Part shown: piece by piece, positions 31,247 to 41,323 of the stretch
Layout: each line of letters starts with the position of its first letter
How positions within the stretch are numbered: position 1 is the first letter of the stretch
From: an uncultured Acidobacteriaceae bacterium
Lineage (GTDB): Bacteria; Acidobacteriota; Terriglobia; Terriglobales; Acidobacteriaceae
Reading direction: 5' to 3'
DNA: 64,000 bases
NCBI GenBank assembly: GCA_963802565.1
Contig: CAWDJR010000019.1
Location: forward strand, 44,870-108,869
Notes under the pieces: generated by a model
What the model saw: only the letters and a program-made list of their open reading frames with translations
Databases searched by the model: none
What the model was told of the DNA's origin: nothing
Program-made: the position numbers and the translations under genes

Positions 31247-33940
31247 ATGCCATCGCTTTACGGCAAATTTCTTCGCATACTTTCACTAGCCGCCTTTTCA
31301 ATTGCGGCCATTGCCTCGCACGCCGCCCAGGGCGGCAATGCCGGCTCGGTTCGCGGCACCGTCACTGATCCTTCCGGTGCAGTCATTCCGGGAGCAACAG
31401 TGCATCTCACCAACGCCATCAGCAGATTGGACCGTTCCGTAACCACGGATGCAACCGGCCAGTTTGAGATCGACAATGTCCCGTTCAATAACTACAACCT
31501 GAGCGCCTCAGCGCCCGGCTTCGCCTCACAAAGCCAGAATTTCACCCTTCGTTCCGCAGTCGGAATGAGCCTCAAGCTGGTTTTGCAAATTGAGGCGGCC
31601 GCCTCAACCGTCACGGTCGAAGCTTCGGGCGACCTGGTTGAAACTGACCCCACGTTTCACACCGACGTCGATCGCGACATGTTCATCAAGGTACCGCTGG
31701 AGAGTCAATCCTCTTCGCTCAGTTCCCTCGTCACGCTCACCACGCCCGGCGTGGCAGCCGACTCCAACGGCCTGTTTCATGGTCTCGGCGACCACGCATC
31801 CAACTCGTTTTCCATTGATGGCCAATCCATCACAGACCAGCAAAGCAAGGTCTTTTCGAACCAGCTTCCCTCCAACTCGATCCAGTCCATCCAGGTCATC
31901 TCCGGAGCCCCTCCGGCCGAGTACGGCGGCAAGACCAGTCTGGTGATTGTGGCCACCACCCGTTCCGGCCAGGGAGTGACCAAGCCGACCGGAAGCGTGA
32001 CAACCTCGTACGGAAGTTTCGGCTCCGCGTCAGCAGGATTCGACCTCTCCTATGGCGGAAAGAACTGGGGCAACTTTGTTGAGGTGGATGGTCTGAATAC
32101 TGGACGCTTTCTCGATCCCCCGGAGTTTACGGTCTTCCACGCGAAGGGCAATCTGGAGAACGTCTTCGATCGCGTGGACTATTCTCTGACTCCGGTCGAC
32201 TCGATCCATGTGGACTTCAACTACAGCCGGTCCTGGTTCCAGACGCCCAACGCGTTCGACAACCTGAACGTGCAGAACGTGATCAGCGGCGGCACCAGTG
32301 CCAACCCCGTGTACGGAAACGTGGGCAACACCGACCAGCGCTCGCAAATCGGGACCTTCAACATCTCGCCGACTTATACGCGCGTCATCGGCAACAACTC
32401 GGTCTTCAACTTCGGTGCTTTCGTCCGCAAAGACAACTACAACTACTATCCAAGCAACAATCCGCTGGCTGATCTCGGACCTCCGAATCTGCAAACCGCC
32501 TCGATTGCGCAGAATCGCACTCTCACCAATGCCGCGGTCCATTCGGATTTCTCGTATTCCAAGGGAATTCACACCATCAAGGTCGGCGCACAGTACGGGC
32601 AGACCTTCCTGGACGAGAACGATAGCCTGGGCATCGTCGAATCTGCCTACGCCTTCAGCGCTCCCTGCGTGGACGCCGATGGCAATCCCTTGCCGGGGTA
32701 CGCCAATCCCGCGGAATGCCCTACCGGGGTGAATCCGAACTACCTCCCGGTGCTCGCGCCTTACGACCTGACCCGTGGCGGGGGTCTCTACAAATTTTCT
32801 GGCCACACCGACATCAAGGAACTGGCTCTTTACGCCGAGGACCAGATCAAAACGGGCAATTGGCTTTTCAATCTTGGCCTGCGCGAGGACGTGTACAACG
32901 GACTCACGGACGCCAACCAGACCCAGCCTCGGGTCGGCATTGCCTATAACATAAAACCGTCCGCGACCGTGCTGCGCGTCTCTTACGCGCGCACCCTTGA
33001 AACTCCCTTCAACGAGAACCTCATACTCTCCAGTGAAGGTTGCTCGAATGCAGTGATGTCTCCTTTGTTGGCCTGCACCCCAGGAGTATCCGGGACGTTG
33101 CAGCCCGGCTACCGCAACGAGTTCCATGCCGGTTTCCAGCAGGCTCTAACCAAGCGGGTCATCGTCAGTGGCGAGTACATCTGGAAGTACACCCATAACG
33201 CCTTCGATTTTGGTGTGCTGGGCAATACCCCGATCTTCTTCCCGATTGACTGGCATAACTCGAAGATCCCGGGCTATGCAATCAATGTGCAGGTGCCTGA
33301 GTACCATAACTTCAGCGCATATGTTGAGATGTCGTCCGTGGCGGCCCGCTTTTTCCCGCCGCAGTCGGCTGGAGCCGGAGCCGCCCCCCAGACGGGTGGC
33401 TTGCCGTTCCGTATCGACCACGACGAGAAGTTCAACGAAACGACCCACCTCAATTACCAGATTCCCAAAGGCAGCTTCTTGCAAGGCATCTGGGGTGGCT
33501 TCAACTGGCGCTATGATTCCGGCCTGGTGGCAGGTTCGGTGCCGTTCGCTACCGACAATACAACGCCGGTCGACCTGAGCGGCCTCACCTTCGACCAGCA
33601 GGCTCAGGCCGGTATTACCTGCAATGGCGTCAAGTCCACGCCTACTTCCGGCTTCAGTTCGTGCTTGCCGACGCAGTACACCTCGTCGCTGGTCAGTATC
33701 CCGGCTCCGGGCACCGAGAACGACGACAAGAACCCGCCACGCATCGCGCCGCGCAGCCTTTTCGACGCGACACTGGGCAAGGACAACATTTTTCACGCCG
33801 ATCGTTTTAAAACAAACCTCAATCTGACCGCCATTAATTTCACCAACAAGTTCGCGCTGTATAACTTTCTCTCGACGTTCAGCGGCACACATTACGTCAC
33901 TCCGCGCGCTCTTACAGCAAATGTGACCTTCAACTTCTAA
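31247..33940 (+). CDS. TonB-dependent-receptor-like outer-membrane protein with N-terminal carboxypeptidase-regulatory-like domain
   Basis: Intact 897 aa with a signal peptide. GSVRGTVTDPSGAVIPGATVHLTN...TDATGQFEIDNVPFNNYNLSASAPGF forms a CarboxypepD_reg domain, followed by a long beta-barrel ending ...ANVTFNF. Confidence 0.8.
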   Translation: MPSLYGKFLRILSLAAFSIAAIASHAAQGGNAGSVRGTVTDPSGAVIPGATVHLTNAISRLDRSVTTDATGQFEIDNVPFNNYNLSASAPGFASQSQNFTLRSAVGMSLKLVLQIEAAASTVTVEASGDLVETDPTFHTDVDRDMFIKVPLESQSSSLSSLVTLTTPGVAADSNGLFHGLGDHASNSFSIDGQSITDQQSKVFSNQLPSNSIQSIQVISGAPPAEYGGKTSLVIVATTRSGQGVTKPTGSVTTSYGSFGSASAGFDLSYGGKNWGNFVEVDGLNTGRFLDPPEFTVFHAKGNLENVFDRVDYSLTPVDSIHVDFNYSRSWFQTPNAFDNLNVQNVISGGTSANPVYGNVGNTDQRSQIGTFNISPTYTRVIGNNSVFNFGAFVRKDNYNYYPSNNPLADLGPPNLQTASIAQNRTLTNAAVHSDFSYSKGIHTIKVGAQYGQTFLDENDSLGIVESAYAFSAPCVDADGNPLPGYANPAECPTGVNPNYLPVLAPYDLTRGGGLYKFSGHTDIKELALYAEDQIKTGNWLFNLGLREDVYNGLTDANQTQPRVGIAYNIKPSATVLRVSYARTLETPFNENLILSSEGCSNAVMSPLLACTPGVSGTLQPGYRNEFHAGFQQALTKRVIVSGEYIWKYTHNAFDFGVLGNTPIFFPIDWHNSKIPGYAINVQVPEYHNFSAYVEMSSVAARFFPPQSAGAGAAPQTGGLPFRIDHDEKFNETTHLNYQIPKGSFLQGIWGGFNWRYDSGLVAGSVPFATDNTTPVDLSGLTFDQQAQAGITCNGVKSTPTSGFSSCLPTQYTSSLVSIPAPGTENDDKNPPRIAPRSLFDATLGKDNIFHADRFKTNLNLTAINFTNKFALYNFLSTFSGTHYVTPRALTANVTFNF

Positions 33941-33965
33941 CGTCTGTTGTAACGCTGGGTTCCGC

Positions 33966-33998
33966 TTTTTCCCGCGTCTCCTCTGAGACGCGGAAAAG
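33966..33998 (+). terminator. hairpin downstream of the receptor gene
   Basis: ttttcccgcgtctc-ctct-gagacgcggaaaa forms a 13-bp stem with one bulge. Confidence 0.4.
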
Positions 33999-34080
33999 GC
34001 CATTCCTTCCCGCAGATACGCGCTTGATCACCTCGTTTAGGCGTGGACGGAAGATTGTGGCAAGTGGTTAGAGTTCCGGG

Positions 34081-34899
34081 TTACTGGATACGCGCGGCCT
34101 TATCAATGGCAAGCAGCGTTTCCAATAGCGGCTTCAGAAGGTCCAGACGTAGTGCGTTGGCGCCATCCGACTTCGCATGTGCCGGGTCGTCGTGCACTTC
34201 CAGGAACACTCCGTCGATGCCCGCCGCCACTGCCGCACGTGCCAATAGCGGAATAAACTCCGGCTGCCCGCCGCTAACGCCGTTGGCTGCCGAGGGCTGC
34301 TGCACGGAGTGAGTTCCGTCAAACACCACTGGCGCCATGGCACGCATCACCGGAAGAGACCGGTAATCGACTACAAGCGTGTTGTAGCCGAAGCTCGCCC
34401 CGCGTTCCGTCAGAAAGACCCTTTCATTCCCGGTCGATCGAACCTTGTCGACGGGATGTTGCATATCCCAGGGAGCCACGAACTGGCCTTTTTTGATATT
34501 GATGGCGCGACCGGTTTTTCCTGCCGCCACCAGCAGATCAGTCTGCCGGCAAAGGAAGGCCGGAATCTGCAACACGTCGACTGCCTCCGCAGCCACGTCG
34601 CACTGCGATGGATCGTGGACGTCGGTCAGTATTGGCAAGCCCGTATCTTTCGCCAGCCGGCTCAGAATCCTGGTGCCTTCCACGAGGCCGGGCCCACGAA
34701 AGCTCTTCACGCTGGTCCGATTCGCCTTGTCGTAGCTGGCCTTGAAGATATAGGGAACGCCCAGGTCGCTGGTGATCCGCTGGATAGCCTCTGCCATTCG
34801 GCGCACATGTGCTTCGGACTCAATGACGCACGGTCCGGCGATCAGAAAAAGCTGCCCCTCGCCGACGCGAACGGGACCGATTTCGAAGGAGTGACTCAC
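34081..34899 (-). CDS. kdsA: 3-deoxy-8-phosphooctulonate (KDO8P) synthase
   Basis: Intact 272 aa. LFLIAGPCVIESE..., YIFKASYDKANRTS and LPILTDVH are colinear with KdsA. Confidence 0.9.
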   Translation of the reverse strand: MSHSFEIGPVRVGEGQLFLIAGPCVIESEAHVRRMAEAIQRITSDLGVPYIFKASYDKANRTSVKSFRGPGLVEGTRILSRLAKDTGLPILTDVHDPSQCDVAAEAVDVLQIPAFLCRQTDLLVAAGKTGRAINIKKGQFVAPWDMQHPVDKVRSTGNERVFLTERGASFGYNTLVVDYRSLPVMRAMAPVVFDGTHSVQQPSAANGVSGGQPEFIPLLARAAVAAGIDGVFLEVHDDPAHAKSDGANALRLDLLKPLLETLLAIDKAARIQ

Positions 34900-35001
34900 G
34901 AAGCCGATTCTATCGTGCGCCGGTGCGACAACGCTTATTCGACATCCACCCCTGGCTAGAGCATCCTGTTGCGCCTAAGAACTGGAACTTACGACTTTCA
35001 C

Positions 35002-36669
35002 TTAGTCCGGCGGCGGATAGTAGGGGAGTTTGTCGTTGGTTTCGTTGGCGCGTTTTATGGTGACGTCGCTAAAGAGAAGGGCCGGGGCTAGTACGGTCTC
35101 CGGGACCTCTGTCGAGTAGTTGGCGACCCAGAGGTTCTTACCGGCGGCTTCAACGCCTGAACGAAGCGCACGCTGATCGAGATCATCGAGAACTGCTCCG
35201 CGAACGAGGGTACGTTTGCCATCGAGGTCGAGGCGATAAAGCAATCGGGGCGTCGCCTGGGCGCCGAGGGTTTCGACGTAGTACACACTTTTGAGGCCGC
35301 GATCTTTGGCAATGCCGAGCAGCTTTTTGATTAGCTCTTCCTCGGTCAGGCCCTGTTGCGCCGTAACCTTGAGAACACCTATTACAGGGCGGGCCGGCCC
35401 GGTGACACCGGCGCGGGCGTGGCCATTCGACTCAGGAAAATCGCGTACCGGGGTGCGGCCGATGAGGTAGTTTTCGAGATGGCCTTCGGCGACGAGCTTC
35501 ACGGTCTGTGCGGGCACCGCTTCGTCGTCAACCGAGTAGGAGCCGACGAGGTCCTTGCCTTCGTAGGACTTCATGGCGGGATCGTCGACGACGGTGAGAA
35601 ACTCCGGCAGAATGCGAGCGTGGTAGCTCGAAGCGAAGGGCCCGTTGGTGCGCGCTTCGGTTCCGAGCTTGGGGCGCGTGGCGGTGACTCCGCTGGCGAG
35701 CAGGGAGTGAAGCGTGTCCGCACTGGCGTCGGCGCTCAGCAGCACCGGGCCGTGGTATTCCTCTTCGACGAGGGGGGCTTTGCGCAGTTCGCTCAAGGAA
35801 CTGATGAGGGTGACGACGTGTTTCTTGAATTCATCGGCATTATCGAGATCGCTCAAGGCGACGCCACTGGTGCCATAGGAGCGATCGAGGCGCATACCGT
35901 CCTCGGCCTGCGTGCCTACACCGAAGGACTCGGAGTAGTTCTTCGACGTCTTGCGCACGATTGCACCTTCACTGGAGACGATCCATGTGGTGGTTACGCG
36001 GGCATGGAACGAGGCGGTGGAGTACTGGATATCGTGCTGCCCGGCGTTGACCGCCGGATCGTTGCGGTAGATACCGCTGTCGCGGGCTACGCGTTCTTCC
36101 CAGGATTTTTCGTCGACAGTGAGTTTGACTGGGTCGGCGAGGGAGATGATTGGCTTGGCCTTGCTGAAGTCGTCAGCCTGGGGAGGCGTCTGCACCTGCT
36201 TAAGCTCAGCCTGCTTTTGCGCGAATGCGGCGAGCGCTGACTTGTATGCCTGGTCGGTCCCGCTCCACAGGGAGGAGCGCAGGGCGATGGGGTCATCGTC
36301 GATGGCAGTGAGTTGTAGAGAGCCGTCGCCGCGCGGACCAGAGTTGTCGGTCTTGTAGTCGCCGACGCGCACACTGATTCGTGCAACGCGCGCGTGGCTG
36401 TGCTGGGAGCCTTCGCCTGCGCCGTAGCTGGCGCGGGTTTCAAAATCCTGCACTTCTTCAATGCGATATTCGATGAAGTAGGGCTTCTCGAATCCGGTGA
36501 GCTGGAGGTGAGCCATGCTGCGATCGAGCTCGTCGAGCATGGCTTTCAGTACAGGGTCCTTTTCAGCGTCGGCGCGCGTGGCCTGGGCGGTGGCGCTATG
36601 CGGCGACAGGATGGCGGCAGACAGAAGTCCCGCGGCAAGGAGCTGGGCGATGCGGCGTGCGGACTTCAT
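35002..36669 (-). CDS. secreted TldD/PmbA-family metallopeptidase
   Basis: Intact 555 aa with signal peptide (LLAAGLLSAAILSPHSATAQA). The C-terminal half follows the TldD/PmbA pattern (GSYSVDDEAVPAQ..., NGHARAG). Its start overlaps the stop of the upstream paralogue. Confidence 0.7.
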   Translation of the reverse strand: MKSARRIAQLLAAGLLSAAILSPHSATAQATRADAEKDPVLKAMLDELDRSMAHLQLTGFEKPYFIEYRIEEVQDFETRASYGAGEGSQHSHARVARISVRVGDYKTDNSGPRGDGSLQLTAIDDDPIALRSSLWSGTDQAYKSALAAFAQKQAELKQVQTPPQADDFSKAKPIISLADPVKLTVDEKSWEERVARDSGIYRNDPAVNAGQHDIQYSTASFHARVTTTWIVSSEGAIVRKTSKNYSESFGVGTQAEDGMRLDRSYGTSGVALSDLDNADEFKKHVVTLISSLSELRKAPLVEEEYHGPVLLSADASADTLHSLLASGVTATRPKLGTEARTNGPFASSYHARILPEFLTVVDDPAMKSYEGKDLVGSYSVDDEAVPAQTVKLVAEGHLENYLIGRTPVRDFPESNGHARAGVTGPARPVIGVLKVTAQQGLTEEELIKKLLGIAKDRGLKSVYYVETLGAQATPRLLYRLDLDGKRTLVRGAVLDDLDQRALRSGVEAAGKNLWVANYSTEVPETVLAPALLFSDVTIKRANETNDKLPYYPPPD

Positions 36670-38438
36670 TGTGCCTCCTTCGTTACTGCGGTCTCAGCGG
36701 CGCCGGGGATGGGTAGGATCGGCGGGCGTTGCGTGCCTTGCTGCTGACGCTGGGTTTCAATCTCGCTGACGAGCATGGCGGGTGCGACGGCGCTGACCGG
36801 CACAGTGCCGGATTCTGCGCCGCATTCGCCGTTGAAGACTTCGGGCTTGTCGCTGGTGGCGACGATGCGTTTCATGGCGGCCAGCGGGGTACCAACGATG
36901 CTGACGCCGCGGACCAGTTCATCGGGGCGGCCATCGACGTATACGCGATAGACGACGAGAGGGATGACCTGGAATGCCTGCGGCGCGCTGCGTTGCGTTA
37001 CGGCGAATCCAGAGGAGATGTCTTCGAAGTAAAGGCCGTAAGGCTTGCCTTGCTTTTTGGCTTCTTCGACTAACTGTTTTTTCAAATCAGCTTCGGTCTC
37101 GGTCTTGGTGGAGGTGACGATGAGGTTTCCCTGGCGGCCGGTAGGCATGCGTCCGGTCTGCGCACGGCCATGGCCGTTGGAGGCGGCAAAGCTGGCGATG
37201 GGGAGGCGGGACATCAGGAATGTTTTGAGGACGCCATTCTGGATCAAGTCAACGCGCCGGGCTTTTTCGCCCTCGTCGTCATAGGTGTAGCTGCCACTGA
37301 GCCACGTCTTCCCGAAGGTGGTCACGGTGGGATCGTCGGCAACGGACATGAACGGGGGAAGAACTTCCTTGTTCAGTTCCTTGGTGAAGGTCTGGCCCTC
37401 TTCGTCGCCGCGCTGGCGCTGGCCTTCGAGTCGATGGCCCAGCACTTCGTGAAAGAAGACGGCGGAGGCGCGGCCGGAGAGGATAGCCGGTCCATCGAAT
37501 GGCTCGGTGACAGGGGCTTTGCGCAAGGCTTCGAGACTCTTGCCTAGTTCGCGAACGCCCGCTTCCATGGATTCCTGCGAGGGAAGGCCATCTACGGTTT
37601 CGGCTTCGAAGGTTTGCGCGCGAAACAGGTCCATACCGTCATCGGCGCGGGTGACGGCGAAGACGACTACGCGTGCCTGCGTGTGTGGGGCGACTACGCG
37701 CGAGCCTTCGGAGGATGCGTAGTAGTCGGTTTCGTTTTGCACGGTAAGCATCGCCAGGTTCTGGTAGACATCGGGATAGTCGCGGAAGACGCGGCTGAGC
37801 GCTCTTACGCGCTGCTCCCAGGCGGCACGGTCGATCGCGATCTGCGGCGCGGGCCTGGTGACGGATACTTCCGGCGACTCCTTGCTGAAGTCGGGCGAGG
37901 TGTCTTCTTCCCTGGCGCGGACCTGCGCCTCTGTCTTGACGCGGAGGAAGTTATCGAGAGCGGTGCCGTACCCGGCATTGGTTGCCAGCCACAGGGTGCG
38001 TGCGAGAGCCACGCGATCGTCGGTCAGCGGCAACTGGAGGCTGTTGACCGCGGAGGAGCGATGGTTGCCGTGAGTGTTGTCGAGTTTACGATCGCCGATG
38101 CGGATCTGCACGTCGGCTACGCGGACGTGATTGCTGTTGCTGTCGGCCAGTGCGCCGAATTGCGCGCGAATCGAGACGGACGACGCATCCGCCACGGAAT
38201 AGCTGAGGAAGTAGGGCGGCAGCTGCTTATCCGCATCTTTCTGGTTCGGCCCCGGCTTGCCGAGCGATGTGAATGCGCGCTGCAACTCCTCAGTCATGGT
38301 GTCAAGCAGGACTGAGGACACTGGAACGGCATCTTTGGTTGCGGCAAGATTCGTTGTTGCTTTTCGCTGTGCACATGCGCCGGCAACCGTGAAGCAGAAC
38401 AAAGCGCACAACAGCGAAGTCTTCACCACGCCGGCCAT
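36666..38438 (-). CDS. secreted TldD/PmbA-family metallopeptidase (start 38438 or 38483)
   Basis: ORF 36666..38603. The likely start is MAGVVKTSLLCALFCFTVAGACAQ. HEVLGHRLEGQRQ and GSYTYDDEGEKARRV...NGHGRAQ follow the TldD pattern. Confidence 0.7.
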   Translation of the reverse strand: MAGVVKTSLLCALFCFTVAGACAQRKATTNLAATKDAVPVSSVLLDTMTEELQRAFTSLGKPGPNQKDADKQLPPYFLSYSVADASSVSIRAQFGALADSNSNHVRVADVQIRIGDRKLDNTHGNHRSSAVNSLQLPLTDDRVALARTLWLATNAGYGTALDNFLRVKTEAQVRAREEDTSPDFSKESPEVSVTRPAPQIAIDRAAWEQRVRALSRVFRDYPDVYQNLAMLTVQNETDYYASSEGSRVVAPHTQARVVVFAVTRADDGMDLFRAQTFEAETVDGLPSQESMEAGVRELGKSLEALRKAPVTEPFDGPAILSGRASAVFFHEVLGHRLEGQRQRGDEEGQTFTKELNKEVLPPFMSVADDPTVTTFGKTWLSGSYTYDDEGEKARRVDLIQNGVLKTFLMSRLPIASFAASNGHGRAQTGRMPTGRQGNLIVTSTKTETEADLKKQLVEEAKKQGKPYGLYFEDISSGFAVTQRSAPQAFQVIPLVVYRVYVDGRPDELVRGVSIVGTPLAAMKRIVATSDKPEVFNGECGAESGTVPVSAVAPAMLVSEIETQRQQQGTQRPPILPIPGAAETAVTKEAQ

Positions 38439-38544
38439 TTTTTGCCGCTTGATGAAAAGGATTTGGGGCGTTCGTTGGTTCATCTCGGATAACATCAGTA
38501 GACTTGATTGTCTCAAACTCTTGCTTCTCAAAAGGGAAATCCTC

Positions 38545-39879
38545 ATGGCAATTGTGAAGCGCCTGTTGCTTGCAGGCACCTTGGCCGTATTTTTCCTGTT
38601 CAACCCGGGTTCGGCAGCCGCGCAGGCTCCGGCTCCTCAGAGCCAGCAGAATCCTGTCGCCAACCAGGCCCAACCGCATTCCGAGCAGGTTTACTCTCTG
38701 CCGCCGGACAAACTGGCGCAGGCCATTGCGCTGAACAAAATCCGCGTGGCATTGGACATTGGCGGTTCCGTGTGGGGCCTAGTGGTGCTGTTTTGGCTGC
38801 TGGCTTCTGGAACTGCTAAGCGGTTAGACGTATGGACATCCGAAACGATGAAGCGGCGCTGGCTGCAGGGAGTGGTCTTCTTCACGATCTTTATTGTGTT
38901 TATCAGTGTTGCCAGCCTTCCTGTCGACGCCATCGGGCATGCAGCAAGCCGCCGTTATGGCATCAGCGTGCAAAGCTGGGCAGGCTGGTTTGGGGACCAG
39001 GGCAAAGGATTGGCTGTTTCTCTCGTAATTGGCGTTCCGATCGCGCTTTTTTTCAACTGGATTGTGCGCAAATCGCCGCTGCGCTATTGGCTATGGTTGT
39101 GGGTGATTTCGCTGCCGTTGATTGTGGCCTCGGTGTTTGTGGAGCCGCTCGTCGTTGATCCGCTCTTCAACAAGTTCGAGCCCCTTACAAAGACGCACCC
39201 AGCGCTGGTGACAAGGCTGGAGGCGCTGGTGGCGCGGACCGGAACGGCAATCACGCCGGAGCGCATGTTTCTGATGAAGGCCAGCGAGAAGAGCAATGGT
39301 ATCAACGCGTACGTGACCGGAATCGGATCGAGCAAGCGCTTTGTAATGTGGGATACGACGACGGATCGAATGCCGGATGACGAGATCGTCTTCATCTTCG
39401 GCCACGAAAGCGGGCACTACGTCTTGAACCATATTCCTAAAATGCTGGCAGGGATGATGGCGGGGCTGTTCTTCGTTTTCTGGGGGTGCTCGAATCTGGC
39501 ACAAGGGATGGTGCGCCGCTTCGGGGGTCGGTGGAATGTTGCGGGGGTGGCAAGCCGGCCGGGATTCCTCACCCTGTTTTTCGCTCTTTCGATCGCGGGG
39601 TTTGTGTTGACGCCAGCCAGCAACACGTTTAGCCGCCACTTTGAGCATGAGGCGGATATTTACGGGCAGGAGGCGATCCACGGATTAGTGCCGGACCCGC
39701 AGAAGACCGCCGTATCGGCTTTCAACCACCTGGGAGAGGCGTGGCTCGACGACCCCAATCCAAACGCGTTTGTGGAGTTCTGGTCTTACAACCATCCCTC
39801 GGTGCAAAGCAGGGCCAAGTTTGCCGCGCAATACGATCCCTGGGCCAACGGCGGGCATGGGGAGTTTTTCATGAAATAG
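38545..39879 (+). CDS. M48-family (Ste24/HtpX-like) zinc metallopeptidase
   Basis: ATG 38545 follows AAAGGGA. It has a signal/TM segment, several further TM segments, and an HExxH motif in FIFGHESGHYVLNH. Confidence 0.75.
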   Translation: MAIVKRLLLAGTLAVFFLFNPGSAAAQAPAPQSQQNPVANQAQPHSEQVYSLPPDKLAQAIALNKIRVALDIGGSVWGLVVLFWLLASGTAKRLDVWTSETMKRRWLQGVVFFTIFIVFISVASLPVDAIGHAASRRYGISVQSWAGWFGDQGKGLAVSLVIGVPIALFFNWIVRKSPLRYWLWLWVISLPLIVASVFVEPLVVDPLFNKFEPLTKTHPALVTRLEALVARTGTAITPERMFLMKASEKSNGINAYVTGIGSSKRFVMWDTTTDRMPDDEIVFIFGHESGHYVLNHIPKMLAGMMAGLFFVFWGCSNLAQGMVRRFGGRWNVAGVASRPGFLTLFFALSIAGFVLTPASNTFSRHFEHEADIYGQEAIHGLVPDPQKTAVSAFNHLGEAWLDDPNPNAFVEFWSYNHPSVQSRAKFAAQYDPWANGGHGEFFMK

Positions 39880-39955
39880 GAGTTTAGCTCTGCGGGAACG
39901 AAGTGCGGTGGATTGAGCATTCGCGCGGAAACTCTCAATCCCATAAAATAGGACC

Positions 39956-40465
39956 ATGGTCGCGCTTCCCTCGATGCCCCCATTTTTTGCGAAAGCTGCC
40001 GGGTCGTTTCTGGCTGCGGGCGCGGGCGCGATTGTGGTGATCATGTGGAGGCTGCGCGAGGCTCGGAGTGCGGTCTCGCTGCGCAAAATCATCATTCCTC
40101 CGCTCGGTATGGCCACCGGGTTCTCGATGTTTGTGGATTCAGCTTTCCGCGTTCCATGGTCCTGGGCAATGATTGCGTTCCTGACCGGAGCGGCGGTGCT
40201 GGCGTGGCCGCTGCTGCTGACCACGCGCCTGGAACTGCAGGGAGAAACGGTGAGGATGCGGCGATCGAGCGCTTTTCTGGTCGTCATCCTGGTGCTGGCC
40301 GCCATACGCATCCTGGCGCGCGGCTACTTCGATACGCTGTTGACCCCGCAGCAGACGGCGGGGGTATTTTTCATCCTGGCTTTCGGAATGATCGTGATCT
40401 GGCGGGGCAAGATGCTGTTCGACTTCCGGCGTTTGACCGCCGGTGCCGAAGCCAGCGCTGCCTGA
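39956..40465 (+). CDS. CcdC/DUF1453-like membrane protein
   Basis: 169-aa ORF with 4-5 TM segments. The pattern (LRKIIIPPLGMATGF...) recalls the CcdC family, judged by eye only. Confidence 0.45.
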   Translation: MVALPSMPPFFAKAAGSFLAAGAGAIVVIMWRLREARSAVSLRKIIIPPLGMATGFSMFVDSAFRVPWSWAMIAFLTGAAVLAWPLLLTTRLELQGETVRMRRSSAFLVVILVLAAIRILARGYFDTLLTPQQTAGVFFILAFGMIVIWRGKMLFDFRRLTAGAEASAA

Positions 40466-40515
40466 CGGCGCTTAAGTGCTCGAGCCCGGCTTGACCCTTT
40501 TCGTACAATTTAACC

Positions 40516-40809
40516 ATGCAATTTCTAACGCTTTCGCGTCGCCGCACTGACACCTTTCCAGCCGACGCTTTCACGCCCGAACTGGTTGCCCAGGAGGGCC
40601 AGCGCGTCAAAGAGCTTTACATAGCGGGTATCCTGCGGCATGTCTGGCGCCGGGGCGACACTCCAGGCGCGGCAATCCTCTGGGAAGCGGCCAGCGAGGC
40701 CGAGGTGCGGACCGCCTGCGAGAGTCTGCCCATCTTCAGAGCCGGAATGCTGGAGCTTGTGGCCTTCGTTCCGCTGGAACCTTATGCCGGCTTTGGGCCG
40801 GCGAAGTAA
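40516..40809 (+). CDS. muconolactone delta-isomerase-like protein
   Basis: 97 aa. The layout ...AQEGQRVKELYIAGILRHVWRRGDTPGAAILWEAASEAEVRTACESLPIFRAGMLELVAFVPLEP resembles MIase-family ferredoxin-fold proteins. Confidence 0.5.
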   Translation: MQFLTLSRRRTDTFPADAFTPELVAQEGQRVKELYIAGILRHVWRRGDTPGAAILWEAASEAEVRTACESLPIFRAGMLELVAFVPLEPYAGFGPAK

Positions 40810-40932
40810 TCTGCAATCCTGTCGTTCACTGATTTCGGTGGCGCAAACGCCTGCTTTTCCTCACAGCCTGCGCACCACGTCGAGGTCGTACACTGTAGCT
40901 TCATTTGCTTTCCGAAAGGAGCATGTTCTTCT

Positions 40933-41322
40933 ATGGCTTATCCCACAAACTACCGCTATACCCGGGAGCATGAATGGATCTCGCTCGACGGTAAAATCGG
41001 GACTGTCGGAATCACGGACTACGCACAAAATTCTCTGGGCGACATTGTTTACGTTGACGTGCCCAAAGTCGGCGACTCCATCACAGCGAACGCGTCCTTC
41101 GGGTCGGTCGAGAGCGTCAAGGCGGTAAGCGACTTGTACTCGCCCGTGACGGGGACTGTGACGGCGGTAAATGAGGAATTGAAGACCTCTCCCGACAAGA
41201 TCAACGAGGCTCCGCACGAGACCTGGATCATCAAGCTCGAGCTTTCTGATCCGTCAGAATACGAAAAGCTGCTCGATGCGGAATCGTATGAGAAGTTCGT
41301 CTCGGAAGAGACGGGGGCGTAA
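40933..41322 (+). CDS. gcvH: glycine cleavage system protein H
   Basis: Intact 129 aa following AAGGAG. YTREHEWI and GDIVYVDVPKVG...SVESVKAVSDLYSPV contain the lipoyl-Lys motif. Confidence 0.9.
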   Translation: MAYPTNYRYTREHEWISLDGKIGTVGITDYAQNSLGDIVYVDVPKVGDSITANASFGSVESVKAVSDLYSPVTGTVTAVNEELKTSPDKINEAPHETWIIKLELSDPSEYEKLLDAESYEKFVSEETGA

Positions 41323-41323
41323 A

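Noticed and set aside
32030-34003. Two long minus-strand ORFs (32030..33127 and 33146..34003)
   Set aside because: Both lie antisense to the intact 897-aa receptor gene. They have Arg/Gly/Val-rich shadow-ORF composition and no signal or domain features.
40810-40932. Glycine riboswitch upstream of gcvH
   Set aside because: No GGAGAG...CACCGAAGGGGCAA-type aptamer core is visible, and the spacer is only about 120 nt.
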